DNA from: Eledone cirrhosa
Lineage: Eukaryota
Length of the DNA stretch: 64,000 nt
Assembly: GCA_964016885.1 (NCBI GenBank)
Contig: OZ024742.1
Location: 66,154,001-66,218,000, forward strand
Direction of reading: 5' to 3'
The first letter of the stretch is position 1. Each line of letters starts with the position of its first letter. A program made the position numbers and the translations under genes. The notes under the pieces were generated by a model. That model was not told the DNA's origin. It was given only the letters and a program-made list of their open reading frames with translations, and ran no database searches. Positions 13,036 to 27,066 of the stretch are shown piece by piece.

Positions 13036-14447
13036 TGACAGAGAGATGTTTCTGGCTTGTTATTCGTCATCGGTAACATTTACTTACATTGTACTGAAAC
13101 AAGAATAACCTGAAGCATAAACGAAATATTGTGTATGAAACAGTGGCTCTAGATGCTCTTCTGTATATAGTATAAATGTGACAGACTGAAATTAATTATC
13201 ACCATCAACGAATAAAGCGTGGCTTGTAATAGGAGTATATATGAAAGCATATACGATATGTTTATATATAATAAACATACAAGACTCCTCATATGAATGT
13301 TTTAAGTTTTGATCATATCACAAAATCTGAGGAGCGTATGAGAATGTCAGATTCTTGGTATTTATCCATCATTGGTGTACTGGGTTTTGTTTTGCGTATG
13401 AGACATCAGATAGAGATGCTCAATTTCATATAGTCTGGACATGACTGGTTAGAATTAATTAGCAATCGCACTACAATTTAGACATGCTTACCCGCTTATA
13501 ACACCCTTGTATGTTTATTATATGTAAACATATCGCATAGGTCGTCATATCGACCCTATTATTTTTCATTTTCTATCTAAATTAAATCTATAAAACTCAC
13601 ACTATAAATATCTTAAGCTAAGATCATATCACAGAATTCACAGTTGCAGTGTCAGAACGCGAGACACGCACGTCTAGATTTTCATCACCAAATGGGGTCG
13701 TTTGCAATAACATATCGTATATGCCTTCCGATAAGCCACTATCTATGTTTGCGGTATTTAATCTTAGCCGGTCAAGCACAGACTATATGCATTGGAGTAC
13801 CCCCGGTCCCTAGACGATATTTCTTGCTAAAAAAATCTTATAACCAATAGCTTATATTTCTCTCAGAAACACTTTACCAATGATAACATCCTGAAAGATG
13901 TGTCTGGCGTTCTCACACAACTTCTGAGATATGATCACAGCTTAAAACATTCAAAAAGAGTGCTATATATGTTTATTATACATAACTATATCGGGTATGC
14001 CTTCATATCCATCTCTATTAGACACACACAGGCACACACACACACAGACACAGACACACACACACACACACATATATGTATATACATGTAGTAGGGATCT
14101 CTGCATATATATATACTAACTAGACAACATGACGGCTGGAGCATGAAGGCATCCGCTGCCTCCATACTGGCGATTATTTTTTTTTTGGTACATTGTCTAC
14201 TGTTGAATGTATGATACGATAAGCTATTCTGGGTTTAGCAGTATAGACGGGTTGTCTTTGTGCTCGTAAATACCTTTGATCTGGAGTCAACTTGTTCACG
14301 TATATATTAGGGCACCCAGAAGACACATACACACCCTTCTTCCTAATTCCTTATTTCTCACAGGCTGGAGGAAATGGCGAGTATCTATCCTATTTGTGGA
14401 CAATAAAATCAACATCTATCTACCTGTTTTCTCTCTCTCTCTCTCTC

Positions 14448-14500
<53 letters not shown>

Positions 14501-14531
14501 ATATTATATATATAATTGGCATACCTTGTAT

Positions 14532-14603
<72 letters not shown>

Positions 14604-14607
14604 AATA

Positions 14608-14939
14608 TATATATATATAAAGAAGAAATTAAAAGATGGTTAAAAAAGTCCCATATATTTTATTATGCGCATTTCGAAAACAACATCATCTGTGTTCTCA
14701 TCAGATAAAATAAGGTAAGATGATATGAGGCCTAAAAACACTTGTGAACAAGAAAGTGTTCAGTCAACACAATTTTTGTCCTCGGATGATGTTGTTTTCG
14801 AAATGCGCATAATATAATATATGGGACTTTTTTAACCCTCTTCTAATTTCTTCTTTATATATACACTAGTTCTGCCAACTGTCGAGTGCTACTTATCTGA
14901 TATATGCATAGTTTTATTTTTCTACAGTATTACTCACCT

Positions 14940-14943
<4 letters not shown>
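14608..14943. mobile_element. Fold-back PLE pLTR-type unit, family B copy 1
   Basis: Inverted arms 14613-14691 and 14785-14862; shares arm and 3' tail (..ctcacctccta) with 54580-55025. Confidence 0.8.
14656..14712 (-). ncRNA. Type I hammerhead ribozyme
   Basis: RC: tattttat CTGATGA gaaca..tgttttc GAAA tgcgca TA ataaaata; 8-bp stem I, palindromic stem III. Confidence 0.88.
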
Positions 14944-15015
<72 letters not shown>

Positions 15016-15089
15016 AAAAAGAAAAAAAGATGAAATCGAAAATGCAACTGGAGTCTTATTGTTAAAAATATATATATATTTATTTGTTA

Positions 15090-15127
15090 ACTTTACCGGT
15101 TTCGCAGTTCTTCTGCTTTTCAAAAGT
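15090..15127 (-). ncRNA. Minimal type I hammerhead with U3-A8 covariant core
   Basis: RC: actt TTGAAAA gcag-aagaa-ctgc GAAA ccgg TA aagt; lies between inverted repeats 15023-15060 and 15159-15196. Confidence 0.8.
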
Positions 15128-15379
15128 AGAGTTGCGATGGAGGGTCTGAGGTTTTTAAAATGAGACTCCAGTTGCATTTTCGATTTCATCTTCTTTCCTT
15201 TATGCTTTCACTCGTGTAGGACACCTCGGTTATTTTTCATTTTGAAAAAAAAACTCACTTTCTAATATATATATATATATATGAAATACCAATGATCGTT
15301 GGCAAATCACTGATGAGGGACTAATTTTATAATATGTAATCCATGTGCAACCATGCAGTATTCTTCTCCCCATGTTTTT

Positions 15380-15424
<45 letters not shown>

Positions 15425-15860
15425 TGCATATATTCCTTTGACATCGAATATAAATGATATATGCCAATTTTTACAATATATAGGAAACAACATCTTAACT
15501 CTATGTAGAAAGCATAGACCGAAGTAGTTGTCACTTCTGATTTACCTATCACTGTTAAATTAATATTTTTATGCAGTTCTCTTTTTAACATTTTCCTCAG
15601 TTTTTGTTCTTTTCGAATTTTCCTTACAACGTGACTATTTGTCATTAGTATATAATAAGACGTTGGCAGCATCCATCATATGCAGACATTTATTAGCTTA
15701 AAGAAAAGGAATTGTTCAAGTCTGAAGGCAGATGGTAACCTACGTAATATTTTGAAATATCATATACAAATAAATTAAAACACGGTGGTGTTTATGTTAT
15801 GTATGTTAAGAGTGTTTTCTATTTATTTCTTAGTTTTTCATGTACACAAATACACGCAGC

Positions 15861-15891
<31 letters not shown>

Positions 15892-16137
15892 GTGAAAATT
15901 GCAAACTTGACTGTCACCACACATTATGAACCTGAAGATTGCGAAAGCATGAAAGTACTTGTTCAATTAACACTTAACATTTAATATTCTATCATACTAT
16001 TTCATTATAATACCATTAAACATTTTAAAGGATTGTAAATAAAACGAGTAAATCAGACAAAGTTGGAATTCCTCTTATTAATATAATCTTCTATACACAA
16101 TCATACACACCCGTGTATATTTATCTATCTATCTATA

Positions 16138-16170
<33 letters not shown>

Positions 16171-16217
16171 CTCTCTCTATATATATATATATAGATATAT
16201 ATATATATATATATATA

Positions 16218-16278
<61 letters not shown>

Positions 16279-16295
16279 CTATATATATAGATATA

Positions 16296-16366
<71 letters not shown>

Positions 16367-16449
16367 TTGTATTTTATGTGTGTATCTTTATGTACATACG
16401 TATTTACACACTCACTCCTCACACACATACACACACATATATATATATA

Positions 16450-16635
16450 TTGTTTCTACGTTTGGCACAAGGCCAGCACTTTCTCATTACATTACTGGTA
16501 CTTTATTTTATCGACCCCGTAAGGATGAAAGGCAAAGTCAACCTCGGTGGGATTTGAACTCAGATCGTAAAGGGACGTAACTATGCTGGAAAACATGGCG
16601 TCCGACTCTCTACCGATACTGCCAATCCACCGCCC

Positions 16636-16637
<2 letters not shown>
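16450..16637 (-). mobile_element. Meta-type SINE, full length
   Basis: Same head, core and tail as 7186-7370; head RC AGGGCGGTGGATTGGCAG. Confidence 0.88.
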
Positions 16638-16701
<64 letters not shown>

Positions 16702-18066
16702 GTATATAATTTACCTATTTACTTCTACATATGTATATGCATAAGACACATGCGTACCCGCGTACACTCATAAAGGGAAATCAATTATATATTGCGGTTA
16801 GACATTGTTTGAAATATAGACACACGTATGCGCGCACTCATAACCACACACACGCACACACATATAAACACACACACACAGACACACATATGTGTATATA
16901 TATATATATGTGTGTGTGTGCGTGTGTGTATTTGTGTGTGCGGTGTGCACAACCTTTCCTGAAGAGACACATGATTATATTGATCGATGATATATAGCTG
17001 TGTGTCAGTATGATAAAAATCGATTAGATAATCGATAAGAAAAAGAAGAAAAAAGGACAAGAGCAACAAATAATCTCAGCTGTTCTTATTCTGTCTGAGA
17101 CACACAGACAGACTGGCAGGCAGACATATAGTCCCACTAACTGACTGGCTGTTTCTAAAAATAGATGTCTTGCAGAGAATTACAGACAAACCACATAAGA
17201 ACGGAAAGACATCATTGAAATGTCTTTTGTAAATGGTTTTATATATAATGATTTGTTTTTGTTTTTTCTTTAAGATTTTTTATATGATGTTTGTTATCCT
17301 TCTAGGAAACGTAAGAACGTTGGTGTGGTAGAATAATGTACCTTTCTTTACTTACTGAGATCAAATCACATCGTCGCCAATTTTACCTTTTATTATTTCT
17401 TCGTATGTAAATTATGTTTAAGTCTGAAGTTCGTCTTAAGCAAAAAGGTTCATTTGCTCGGGGATCATCGCGGTTTCATGACGTAAAGCGACTGAGAGTA
17501 GAAGACTTCCTCATAGAGTGGTTTGGTATGTTTTAATGATAAGGTCCCCAATCTATCAAATCACAATTTTTCGGATAATTGGTAGCAGTAGATAAAACGT
17601 AGTGTAGTCCATAATAGGTATGTATATGAAGTTACATTATGAATCACTCATGTTTTTAAAATACACAAGAGTCTCGCGGTCAATATTTTAAGCTGTGATC
17701 ACGTCACATCTATCCGAGTGGCCGGTGAAAATGTCATATGCTCATTTCTGGATTTGTATCCAAATCGGTAACATTTACTCGCTCGGTAGTGAGGCAGTAA
17801 TCAGTAAAATCTTATAAGCTTTCTGCGTATGAAACATCGGCTTCAAGTGCGCATGCAAGTGTAATAGGATATATACTGGCTTATATTAATGGGTAGTAGC
17901 AGTTATATAGCTTGGTTTATAATAATGTAAATGACGTCGTGTTAGTGCTACGGGAGACACATGCACAATGTGACACGCAGGGCGGTTAAATCCAGAACAA
18001 TGTGGTTATGAAGCGAACGCTTTAATTAACCCCGTAATAATGAAGGCTCATGCATAAGCATGTAAT

Positions 18067-18098
<32 letters not shown>

Positions 18099-18899
18099 GG
18101 GGGGGGGGTGGTATACGTGTGTGTATGGACGTGCGTGTCACTCTGTGTTTATTTATTAATCCTCTTTACTGAATGACTGAAAAATAACTCATAATAAACA
18201 GTTCCACTAGACAATGTTCTCTTCAAAAGTCTTATTTTTCTGTCATTGTGTGTATCATCAAAATCATAGAATTCTAGTTTGTCTTTCTCTCTGATGTATT
18301 GCTAGATTCTTCCGCTCTTTCTTTAGGATGTTGAGGGAAAATAATCTAAAGAATCATCACCTTACCACCCTTTCACACTATTTTCGTTTTTCTTTTCCCC
18401 ATTGTTTAAGCAAAGTATACATTCTGAGGAATACAAAAGTGTTCAGTGTTAATTTGAGGTCATCCATGAAAGTCTCTTGCCCTTTATATAGATATTGTTT
18501 ACATATGTTATTGTCTAGTTACGTAGATATGCTGCGATCAATTTGTGCGGAGTAAAGAATAGGCTTGCAATATCACCTGCTTCAAATTTTGTTAGTATAT
18601 CTATTTGAATACTTGCTTATTGTTTATGAACGTTTGTTCATGGCTCAGCTGATAGCCAGATTGGTCCTACGCGTCACACCACGTATTCCACATAAACCCA
18701 CAAGTCAGCAATGCTGACCTGCCTCTCTAAGTGCCTAGCTACAAGCTTATTGATATTTCCTAGCTAAATTTTGCTCTTGGTATGGCTTCTCTCTCCCTGA
18801 GAGAGGAGCTGATAATCTGTGTGTGCTTGGTATTCGAAAACACTACGGTAGTGTCGTAAGCGTGTGTTGAAACAGAGAATATAACCAGTGAAAATCGCC

Positions 18900-21428
18900 A
18901 CTTCCGGGGTAGAAATTGAAACCTCTTGATGAAAGATTTGGAGTGATGAGAATACATACAAGGAAAATGTAGATTGGATTAAACGCACAGGAGAATCCTA
19001 CAAAAATTTCAAAGAACAAACATGGGAAGACATCTAATTAGTAGACATAAGTATGGTATTCACAAAAGCCTTATAACCGGAAATCGCGAAAACAGGGTGC
19101 CAAATTTCTGATTTTCATCGCTCTTGGTCGCACACAAAAAGATAGTCCAACCGTTCAATGTAATTATGAAAGATACTGAAATAGCTCTTGACTGGATAGC
19201 AACTGGTATTACTTACTACCAAATAATCATGAAACCAAATATACAAACTGTATATCTACCACATATAAATATAGGATTTTAACGGCTATATCTCATGGTG
19301 AAAACATGTATTTATGGAAGAGAACAATCTTTTCCTATTGAACAAAAAGGATGCCGACAAGGTATGTAATGAGCAACTCTTGATTAATCTTATGATATCC
19401 AAAACTGTCATAACAAGCGCAGAAATGTAAGTTCCATATAGATTGATAGCCAAAGATTCTGAAATGGCTGGATATTTCTCATTTCTGAAATATAATAAGT
19501 CCTTGTGGAACACGAATCTCCAATTTTAACATTACAATGTAGTACTATGTTCAAAGAGTATTATCTTCGACTGTGGCCTTTTCGAAGGCTGCCCACTTTC
19601 ACTTCTAATATTTTGCATAGGTCTAATGCACCTTACAACCGAACTTAACAAGACAAGTTACGGTTATAAAATTGACATCAGGAAAAGCAAACAAGACACC
19701 AATTGATATGGTTGATCTAAAACTATATGGAAAAGACAATGATGAACTTGAATGCCTTTTACATAGTGTGAATATTTTCAGTGATAACATCGGTATGGTG
19801 TTTGTTAAATGTACTACGGCCACGTTCAAGAAATTGTTAAGTTGAAGAATTTCAGTCGAACTGCATGTTGAAATATTTATAATGAACTTGAGCAGGAACA
19901 AACCTATAAATGCCTAGGTATGAATGAAGGCTCCGGCATTCAACATGCATGCACGAGATAGAACATAATGAAGAAATGTTATAGGTGAGAACGAGCAGTT
20001 ATGAAATCTGTGCTAAATGTATTTAACAAGGTATTAGCCATAAAATTATTAGAAGTTCGAGTTGTTAGTTATAGATTCAATGTGTTTGGCCTGGAATATC
20101 GGGGACATAAATAGAATTGACAAACACATTCATAAATTGCTGACTTTACCTTCCAAGAACTGAAAGAAGCTGAGGCTTGATCGAGTTACAAAAGCAACAT
20201 GATTGGACTCACCGAATATCTCAGAGTAACACAGGACTGGATGCTGAAACTCGTTGAAATATGTGAGAGGAGTAAGAAGCTGCATTCGATCTTGAAACAG
20301 AGCAAAATATTCGCTACGGATGTTATAACTAATATCCTGGCTTGACATAGCAAGTGAACTGCAGCAACTGCTATTGCAAAGCAAGCAAATTAATTGTTTC
20401 TACTTTTTGCATTACTGGTACTTTATTTTATCGACCTCGTAAGGATGAAAGGCAAAGTCAACCTCAGCGGGATTTGAACTCATGTCGTTAAGGGACGTAA
20501 ATATGCTGGAAAGCATGGCGTCCGACCTTCTACCGATACTGCCAATAAATTAATGGCGAAAAAAAGGGCATGGACAATATAACACAGAGATGGGAGCAGA
20601 AACCTCTGCATCACATATATGTGGTCCATAGCAAACAACTTGATGCTGAGGTACAGCCACTAGGAGCTACGTATCTGAAGGCAGAGAGTAGAGGCTTCAT
20701 ATTAGCTGTCTAAGGCCAAAGCTTATTAACTCGGAAGTTATTGTGATGAGAAATGGAGTAAACCCAAAATACCGATTCTTCAAGGATGCGGCTGAAACAG
20801 GGGACCACTTAATCTCTGAATGTAAGGTATTAGCAGCAGTACAGTACAAATCAAGTCAGGACAGTGTTGGCCAATATATACACTGGTTAATATATTTGTT
20901 TTGTGGTCTGAAAATGAAGCAAAAGGGTTCAACCATCACCCATATGCAGTAACAGGAGACGAGAACGTGAAAACCCTACGGGATTTCCCTGTTGTCACTG
21001 ACAGAACAACCAAGGCCAACAGACCTCATATAATTGTGAAGGACCTTAAAAATAAAATATGTTCTTTAATTGATATTAACATTCCATCAGATAGCAACAT
21101 CTCCTCGAAAGAGTTCGGAAAGCTCAGTAATTATAAAGAGCTATCAATTGAAATTGAAAAAAAATGTAGCATCTTAAGGCTTGTACAATAACAATGATAG
21201 TCGGCGGACATGGAATGATAAAAAGCGGAACTTACTGCCACTATCCATGTCGGAAGTTTATTTTCAAAAATATTTTTAGTAAGTTTGTGATTTTGTGACA
21301 TCATTCGTATAACAATTGATTGTAATATGTCTGTATTATTAAATTCTGCCTCAGGTGTCATGTTGACACTCAGTATGATTTGGTAAAGAAGCCGAATTCA
21401 AAGGAAGTTTCAAATAATAATAATAATC
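18900..21428 (+). mobile_element. Decayed R4/Dong-like RLE LINE ending in (TAA)n; 5' boundary approximate
   Basis: ETGDHLISECKVLA (zinc knuckle), LRDFPVVTDRTTKANRPHII..SLIDINIP (PD-D/ExK), RT remnants; many stops. Confidence 0.8.
20393..20545 (-). mobile_element. Meta-type SINE nested in the R4/Dong element
   Basis: Core and tRNA head match other copies. Confidence 0.85.
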
Positions 21429-21445
21429 ATTAAAAAAAAAAAATG

Positions 21446-21565
21446 ATTGTTTCTAATTTAGGCACAAGGCCAACAATATTTTGGGAAGGGGAAGTCGATT
21501 TAATCGACCCAAGTACGTTACTAGTGTTTTATTTTATCGACACCGTAAGGATGAAAGGCAAAGAT
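21446..21565 (-). mobile_element. Meta-type SINE (longer-tail subfamily), partial
   Basis: ttgtttctaatttaggcacaaggcc..gggaagtcgattt..tttatcgac..aggatgaaaggcaaag. Confidence 0.75.
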
Positions 21566-21579
21566 AAAATGATAACAAC

Positions 21580-22300
21580 TGCATCAAACCCTAATAGAGA
21601 AATCAATGGCTGAATGGAAAGTAGAATTGACATCAGCTGGAGAAAGATTAGGTGAAGTGAAGATAAAGCAGGGCATCTTGCAAGTAGACAGTTTCTCAGC
21701 AATTTTGTTTATTGTTGTTGTTCTTAAAATCGTGCCTATCGGATAAGGTATTGGGAAATATAGGAGCAATGTCAATCATTTGTTTTTTCTGCATGATTCA
21801 AAACTATACAGTCGTTATGTAGAAGAGCTAAACAGCTTCGTGCAAAGTAATTTCCGAAGGCATTGGGATAGAGTTTAGCATTCAAAGTGTACAGTGATAG
21901 AGTTGAAGCGTAGAGAGCTGGTAAGGTTTGATGGAATCGAACTAGCAAACGGTGAAAGAATTGAGTCACTGGAAACAGACGAAGAATATAAATATCTAGC
22001 TATGCTATAAAAAAAAATACAAAAAAAAAAACAATGAAAGAAATTGTCAGAAGATTGAGGACGATCCACAAGTCCAGTGTGAATGGTGGAAATAATACGC
22101 CGGCAATAAATCCCAGAGCTGTTTCATTAATTAGAGATGAGGCAGGTCTAGTAGAATGTTCAAAAGTAGAGTTGAAGGAAATGGATCGGAAAAAGGAATA
22201 TACACACTATCTATCATAGTATGTAATTACAAGGTGATGCAGACAGGTACTATTGGAAAAGAAAAGTGTGATGTATAGGATTGCTGAACGTATAGTATGC
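21580..22300 (+). mobile_element. RT fragment of a second RLE-type (R4/Dong-like) LINE
   Basis: WKVELTSAGERLGEVKIKQGILQVDSFSAILF; YKYL; AINPRAVSLIR..ELKEMDRK. Confidence 0.7.
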
Positions 22301-22319
22301 TATCAAAATAGAAGTAATT

Positions 22320-24015
22320 GGTATGGGCTTCACATTCTAGCAACCGGTGTTTGTGAGTAACCTCATTCCTGCTTATGCAGGCATTTCTGGCACCATACAT
22401 GAATAGTGGAATTTCCATCCTCCATCAAAAGCTACAGTATCAAAGCCACAGAATTTTACTAAGGAGACCCAGACTATATCCATTCGATGGCATCTAGCCG
22501 CATCCATTAGTTCATTCTCCTTACTTCTAAGGATGCTACATGTTTGAATTGTAATGCTACAGGTTTGAATTATCAAGGTTTGGTCCCTTCCGGGCCCTCT
22601 TTTGGGCCTCGAGATACACAATCTTTGCGCGTCCATCCCACATCTCCCAGGACAGGTCGCAGGACCACCGCCAGATTTTACGGCATGAAATGGAGATATA
22701 AATATATATTTTCGAACAGACATTTCTACATAAGGCCTGAACGCGTCGCTTATTAACACGTACGAAGTTCTATGGAGTATTCTTCTTTTTTATTCCTCTC
22801 ACTATACTGCAGTTGCAGTTTTTGTGGTCTTATTCACGCCTGTCACCAATCTGGTACTTTGTCAAATCCGCGAAGAAGAGGCTTTTTTAGAGGCTGCCTT
22901 TACTTGCCTCATCATAGCTACATCATTGGCTTGTAAGAGTTTTCATGGGAGCCCCAGGTGTCACCCAGTGCTCCATCCCCCTAGTAGTTTATCGATGTTG
23001 GTCCGCAGTTGCTTATTCGTCGGCTGGTTGCCTCTTTATATCGGAAGAAATCATATCTGGTACTCGTATCACTATCCGCCATCTACGACCCATTCTCTAG
23101 CAGAACAACTCTGTCAGAATGTGTTATGGATTGGATCCCATTTGGAGGAAGGATTTGCCTTTTGAAGTTTTGACTGAAATATAGGTTTCTGTGGGTTGTA
23201 AGATTTTATGCACCAAAGAAGGAGTCCAAAAACAGGTCCTACCTGAAGTCACTGCAGCGTTAGATGGAGTTAAGTCTGAATCATTTATCCCGATGGGAGA
23301 CTTCAATGCACATGTTAGCACTGATGACCTGACATGGAAATGAGTGTTTAGAAAGAATGGTAACTTCCGATCTAAATACGAATGGAGAGGCCTTATTAGA
23401 CATCTGTTCTATTAATAGACTTTATTATGAACACCTTCTTCCACCACAAAGACATCCATAAATATATATAGTATAGTGGAATCAGGGACATATATCAATA
23501 ATTGATTTTGTTATTGTATCCGATCTCTTCGATTCTGTGCTGGATGTTTGTGTTAAGAGAGGGGCTGAGCTGTCAACTGATCACCATCTAGTTATCTGCA
23601 AATTTAGACTACCTAAAGCCGAAGAAGCGCACAAGACTGGCAGATCCAGGGCGACTTACAGGATTATGTGGGAAGCATTGGTAGATAAGGAGGCCAGGAA
23701 GAGTTATGCAGATACTATTGAATTGAAAGTCAGAGAACTCCCTATGGAAACTGAGGGCGTTGCGACAGAGTGGAGTTTGTTCACAGTTTCTGATTCAGCT
23801 GTTAAATACTGCAGGCGAAAGAGGTTTGGTGTGATGCTGGATGACAGGAAGTGCCGTTGGTTCAATTAAGAAGTCAATGATTCCATTCGAGCAAAGAAGG
23901 AGACCTACAAAGCTTGACTTGGAAATACGTGCTCGTATTTTTACTTGCGGCACAAGCAGAGAAAGTAAGTGTCCAAAGTTAAGACATGGGATAACTTTAG
24001 GTTTAAGCTAGAATC
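22320..24015. mobile_element. RTE-clade LINE 5' part (APE domain) with internal inversion
   Basis: Minus 22320-~23200: putative 5'UTR and APE start (KENELM..MDIV..GWKFHYS); plus ~23240-24015: GDFNAHV, MNTFFHHK, KRGAELSTDHHLV. Confidence 0.8.
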
Positions 24016-24029
24016 CTAGCGTGATAAAT

Positions 24030-25440
24030 GTCTATTAAATCCTTACTTGTCTAGGGTTTTCCGTTCGTTGCTATTGTGTTCCAAACATAGACTTTCATCT
24101 CAATGTAGGCCAATACTGTGGTTGGGGAATCTACGTTTAAATATGTGAAATAGGAATAGTTCAACAAGATTAAAAGTATTGGCGCTGTCGTAGGACCCTA
24201 TCGGGACATCGAATGCATTCACATGGTAGGATCATTTTACCTAAGCATTAACGTTGTGAAACAAAAGGTTTCTTCGTGTCTGGTAGATTAGGTCTAACTC
24301 TTGGTTACTGATGTGTTCATATGTAAGGGTGAAGTCGAACGCCTTGTTTTATTGTGGTTTTGTAATAGAGGAGTACAAATCGGTTATATCGAACTGAGTG
24401 AATTTAGCCCTGTACTTAGATAGGATATTTTGGAAACACAATATAACAGATGAACAGGTAACAGGTTCATATTGTTGATGATTCGTATGGTGATTTCCCC
24501 TAAAATGTTATTACTAACGAGGCATAATTCTCTTTAAACTGGGTTTATGAACCTACAGGAATACCTGATTGTAAAATCAGTTTTGTGAGCCTACACGATA
24601 ATAGAAGCATCACGCTTAGCAAATAATTCTAGCCTATTGACAATCTGAACATTTTTAGCAAGATCTATGGCTTCGTCGTAAATTGAATTGTTTAACCCTC
24701 TGGTATTTATTTGTTATATTGTGCAGCATAAATTGTGCATATCAACCTGTATTCATCTCATATAGGTTCTTCGTTTTGTCAAAGATGACAAATATATTTT
24801 TTGACGATCTAAATTTCTTAATATCTTTTATGTGGGATTTTGGAAGGGACTATAGTACTTGATAATTTTGAAGTTAGTGACTAAATATAAGAGGTTCACT
24901 TCGGAATCCGCTAAATCCGTAAATCTCGGTAGATAATGCTGGACTTGAAATTGAATCTTTCAGTGGTAGGAGTGGACATTTCTCCGTCAAAAAGTAGAGC
25001 CTTCCATCTCAATCTTCGTACTATATCCTCCACGTTCTCCAGAAGCATGTTGGTGTTGGTATGTTCCTAGTGGAGTACTTCATCTCGTATATGGTCCTTA
25101 AGTTGTTGTGCCGATTAGAATAATTAAGATTGCAGGGTGCTCATCTATTCCGGCTCGTATATGCAAGCGTCTCTTACTATTATAAGAGACTTTGCCAAAT
25201 GCTCGTTATGTAGGAAATCCATTGATAAAGTACCAAGGAAAACAATGCTCAACCAAGTACAAGAGGGCTTCTTTAGTTTATATTAAATTTCATATACTTT
25301 ATATATATGCGTGACCTTTGGTTTGGAGATCCAGTTAGGGTTACCGCTGTAGGATGAAAGAGCCTTCTAAAACTGGCCACCCTCGTCAGGCGCAAGGACA
25401 GATTTAAAAAAAACCAGTACTTGTTTTTAACTCGAACTTT
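24030..25440 (-). mobile_element. Decayed Penelope-like element, 5' pLTR and RT
   Basis: RC gives HKTDF..CRFINP, DVPIGSYDSA..LVEL and IGLH*DE (cf. KDHK.NF..CRLINP, DVTMGSYDGAE, IGLYRDD). Confidence 0.75.
25308..25394 (-). ncRNA. Degenerate type I hammerhead upstream of the PLE RT
   Basis: RC: tgcgc CTGACGA gggt..ccagtt..aactgg atctc CAAA cc-aaa-gg TC acgca; G12 mutated. Confidence 0.55.
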
Positions 25441-25557
25441 TCATGAACTCTGACTTTGCCTCTTGGGCCTTTTAACTACAGATATCCTATATACACACAG
25501 ACACCCACATACACGCACACATTCACACACAGATATATTATCTATCTATCTAACTAT

Positions 25558-25646
<89 letters not shown>

Positions 25647-25746
25647 CAAAGTGATATTTAAATTGTTGGTAATTCAACAAATATATTTATAACAGATTCG
25701 AAGCACTCGACAAGTTTTCTGGAGTATTAATATCATATATATATAT

Positions 25747-25928
25747 AGTTTCTACTTTTGGCACAAGACCAGCGATTACCCCAGTGCATCACTGGTACTT
25801 TATTCTATCGACCTTGTAAGGATGAAAGGCAAAGTTAACCTCGACGGATTTGAACTCAGAACACAAAGGGCTATAACTATGCTGCAAAGCATGGTGTCTG
25901 TCGCTCTAGCGATACTAGCAAACCACCG
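25747..25928 (-). mobile_element. Meta-type SINE
   Basis: Matches the family head, core and tail. Confidence 0.85.
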
Positions 25929-26410
25929 TATTTCATTAACAAATTCCAACCACTACTTAATGCACTAAACTTCGGACTAAACTAAAACTGGAACGAACAA
26001 TGAAACATTTACAAATACATGTCTCTTTAAAGAGTTAACGCCCTCACACCCTAACTAATCCTTTTTCTTAAATAAATTAAATATCATCCAGCATTTCTCT
26101 CCCACCCTTAATTACCTTCCCCCGCATATTAACTCTCTAAAAAGAGAAATCATGTCAAACCCCAGTCCACCATTTGCCTCCACCATTGATCAACTAAGCA
26201 CTCTTGCTATATTTTGATCTGCTTATCTTCAAGAACTATGCCTGTAAATAACATTATTTTTTCTTTCACATTGTCTTATTATGCTCCACATTACGCCCCG
26301 TTATTTCTTTTTTATTTTCACTTCATAAACCTTGTTTGTAAATAACATTATTCTTTCTGCACCATTTCTTTAACATGTCCAACGCCACCATTCTACACCA
26401 ATACATATTA

Positions 26411-26456
26411 TTATCATTTGACAATGCATAAAAATGCTGAAACCGGTAATAGACAA
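26411..26456 (+). ncRNA. Minimal hammerhead-like motif with U3-A8 core
   Basis: TTGACAA t gcat-aaaa-atgc t GAAA ccgg TA; weak stem I; followed by AATAAA and later (TA)n. Confidence 0.55.
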
Positions 26457-26641
26457 TTATTAAATATATAAATAAATAAATAAATGCCATTGTTAATTAA
26501 TAAATAAATCAACTACTACACTTCACACAAAGTAAAATATTCGTTTTAATCATTTTCTAACCCAGAAAAACAGAGAGAAAATAATAAAAAGGGAAAAAGA
26601 AAGATTTTTCTTCCTCATAATCGTCTTTTTCTCCCTGCTTT

Positions 26642-26724
<83 letters not shown>

Positions 26725-26865
26725 AGTTTATGTTGGTTGTATACCAACACCTCAGTATGCAGGCTGGAGCACTCGACGAAGTGCGCAGGTTGGTTTGGTT
26801 ACTCCGGAGTAGTGTAAAATAAAGTTAAATAAAAGTCAAATGATTAAAATTTAGCTTCGTTTATT

Positions 26866-26920
26866 GCTGCTATATATATTTCAGCGACAGCCATCTTTGG
26901 CTGTGACCTCTTCAGGCAGT
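26866..26920 (-). ncRNA. Type I hammerhead ribozyme
   Basis: RC: actgc CTGAAGA ggtcacagcc-aaagat-ggctgtcgct GAAA tatata TA gcagc. Confidence 0.82.
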
Positions 26921-27066
26921 TTGAATTAGTATGGTATAGACAAGTACATATGTTGTTTAGGTGTCCCAGTGAATTAACAACCCAACAAGGAACTGGGCAT
27001 ATCAGAGTATTGACAATATCATACACCTAAACAACATATGTACTTGTCTATACCATACTAATTCAA

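Noticed and set aside
13070-13260. Similarity to 17763-17880 (atcggtaacatttact..tatgaaaca)
   Set aside because: Probably an old dispersed repeat; too diverged to define or classify
18690-18830. Possible HDV-like ribozyme upstream of the R4/Dong element
   Set aside because: Only a hairpin and a CTGAT motif; the nested pseudoknot could not be built
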